From Bordetella parapertussis (GTDB lineage Bacteria; Pseudomonadota; Gammaproteobacteria; Burkholderiales; SG8-39), in contig CAMDDU010000015.1 in the NCBI GenBank assembly GCA_945892985.1, forward strand, positions 9,017-73,016: a DNA stretch of 64,000 nucleotides, written 5' to 3'. The notes under the pieces were generated by a model. That model saw only the letters and a list, made by a program, of their open reading frames with translations. It made no database searches and was not told the DNA's origin. This document shows, piece after piece, positions 63,457 through 64,000 of the stretch. The translations under genes and the position numbers were made by a program. Numbering within the stretch: position 1 is the stretch's first letter; the number at the start of each line of letters is the position of its first letter.

Positions 63457-64000
63457 CTACTGCGCCTTGCCGATGACAGCGGCCCCTCCCGTGCGCGCAT
63501 CCCGCAACGCCCTCCATACGCGCATTGGCGCAAGCGGCATGTCAATCCAGGAGACCCCCATTGGCCGCAGCGCATCCATCACCGCATTGACAACGCAGGG
63601 TGGCGCGCCGGTCGCCCCGGCTTCGCCAATACCCTTTACACCCAGCGGATTGTCGCCCGGCGGGCCTTCGACAAAGAGGCATTCGATGTCGGGCAGGTCA
63701 TCGGCCCGGGGCAATCCGTAGTCCATGAGGGAACCACTGGTCAACTGCCCCGAATCGGCGTCGTAGCGCACCTCTTCCATAAGGGCCTGGCCGATTCCCT
63801 GCGCCACACCGCCGTGCAACTGCCCTTGAGCCAAAAGCGGATTGACTATGCGTCCGGCATCCTGTGCGACGACGTATCGGCGCAGGGCGACAACGCCTGT
63901 GTCCGGGTCTACCTCGACCTCGCAGGCATGGCATGCCGCGGGAAAGCCCTCGTGATAATTGTCAAAATGTCCGGTTGCCGTGAAACCCGGAACGGCCCGG
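63457..64000 (-). CDS. xanthine dehydrogenase-family molybdopterin-binding subunit, C-terminal part (5' end beyond window)
   Basis: My translation is stop-free from 64000 to the TAG at 63457: ...ACEVEVDPDTGVVALRRYVVAQDAGRIVNPLLAQGQLHGGVAQGIGQAL...GIGEAGATGAPPCVVNAV... Confidence 0.85.
   Translation of the reverse strand, partial: RAVPGFTATGHFDNYHEGFPAACHACEVEVDPDTGVVALRRYVVAQDAGRIVNPLLAQGQLHGGVAQGIGQALMEEVRYDADSGQLTSGSLMDYGLPRADDLPDIECLFVEGPPGDNPLGVKGIGEAGATGAPPCVVNAVMDALRPMGVSWIDMPLAPMRVWRALRDARTGGAAVIGKAQ

Noticed and set aside
29258-64000. Integrase, transposase, tRNA or direct repeats marking the island as a classical mobile genomic island.
   Set aside because: None was found in the window. 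The left border is just a 48-nt gap after the MFS gene, and the right border lies beyond the window. Foreign origin is therefore only an inference, from repeat depletion and an apparent shift in codon and GC flavour.

Overview
This is a high-GC proteobacterial chromosome segment. The gene content looks Betaproteobacteria/Rhodocyclales-like, but that is an inference from content, not a database result.

Bases 1-29,300 are mostly housekeeping genes:
- a PglL/O-antigen-ligase-type membrane protein that runs off the left edge
- a Nudix hydrolase, the aat-bpt N-degron transferases, pyrD, ald, an RnfB-like ferredoxin and nth
- a DUF1841 protein and two monoheme cytochromes c
- a cell-wall amidase and a MoxR ATPase + VWA/CoxE pair
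- an orphan GspE-family ATPase, a Prx5 peroxiredoxin, an HDAC-like deacetylase and htpG
- azlCD, a 923-aa M16 peptidase, a Hanks kinase fused to a cNMP-binding domain, a methyltransferase and an MFS pump

The intergenic DNA in this half is unusually rich in repeats: 6-9 bp tandem repeats arranged as hairpin arms, a REP-like CCCTCCCCC/GGGGGAGGG hairpin family, and a ~540-bp compound palindrome.

Bases 29,300-64,000 are one dense catabolic island of 35 genes, 26 of them consecutive on the minus strand. It contains:
- six C-N hydrolases of different superfamilies, an ACMSD-type decarboxylase and four alpha/beta-fold hydrolases
- three SDRs and a CoA-transferase/enoyl-CoA hydratase module
- two NitT/TauT-type ABC transporters with three binding proteins
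- two xanthine-dehydrogenase-family molybdopterin subunits plus a 53-codon remnant of a third
- a tandem pair of E1 alpha/beta TPP-dehydrogenase sets sharing one lipoyl E2

I could not match this island to any characterised pathway. It is my main candidate for an undescribed system, most plausibly oxygenase-independent breakdown of an N-heterocycle or amide.

I found no rRNA, tRNA, CRISPR array, transposase or integrase. All family calls come from reading the translated ORFs and motifs by eye; no searches were run.
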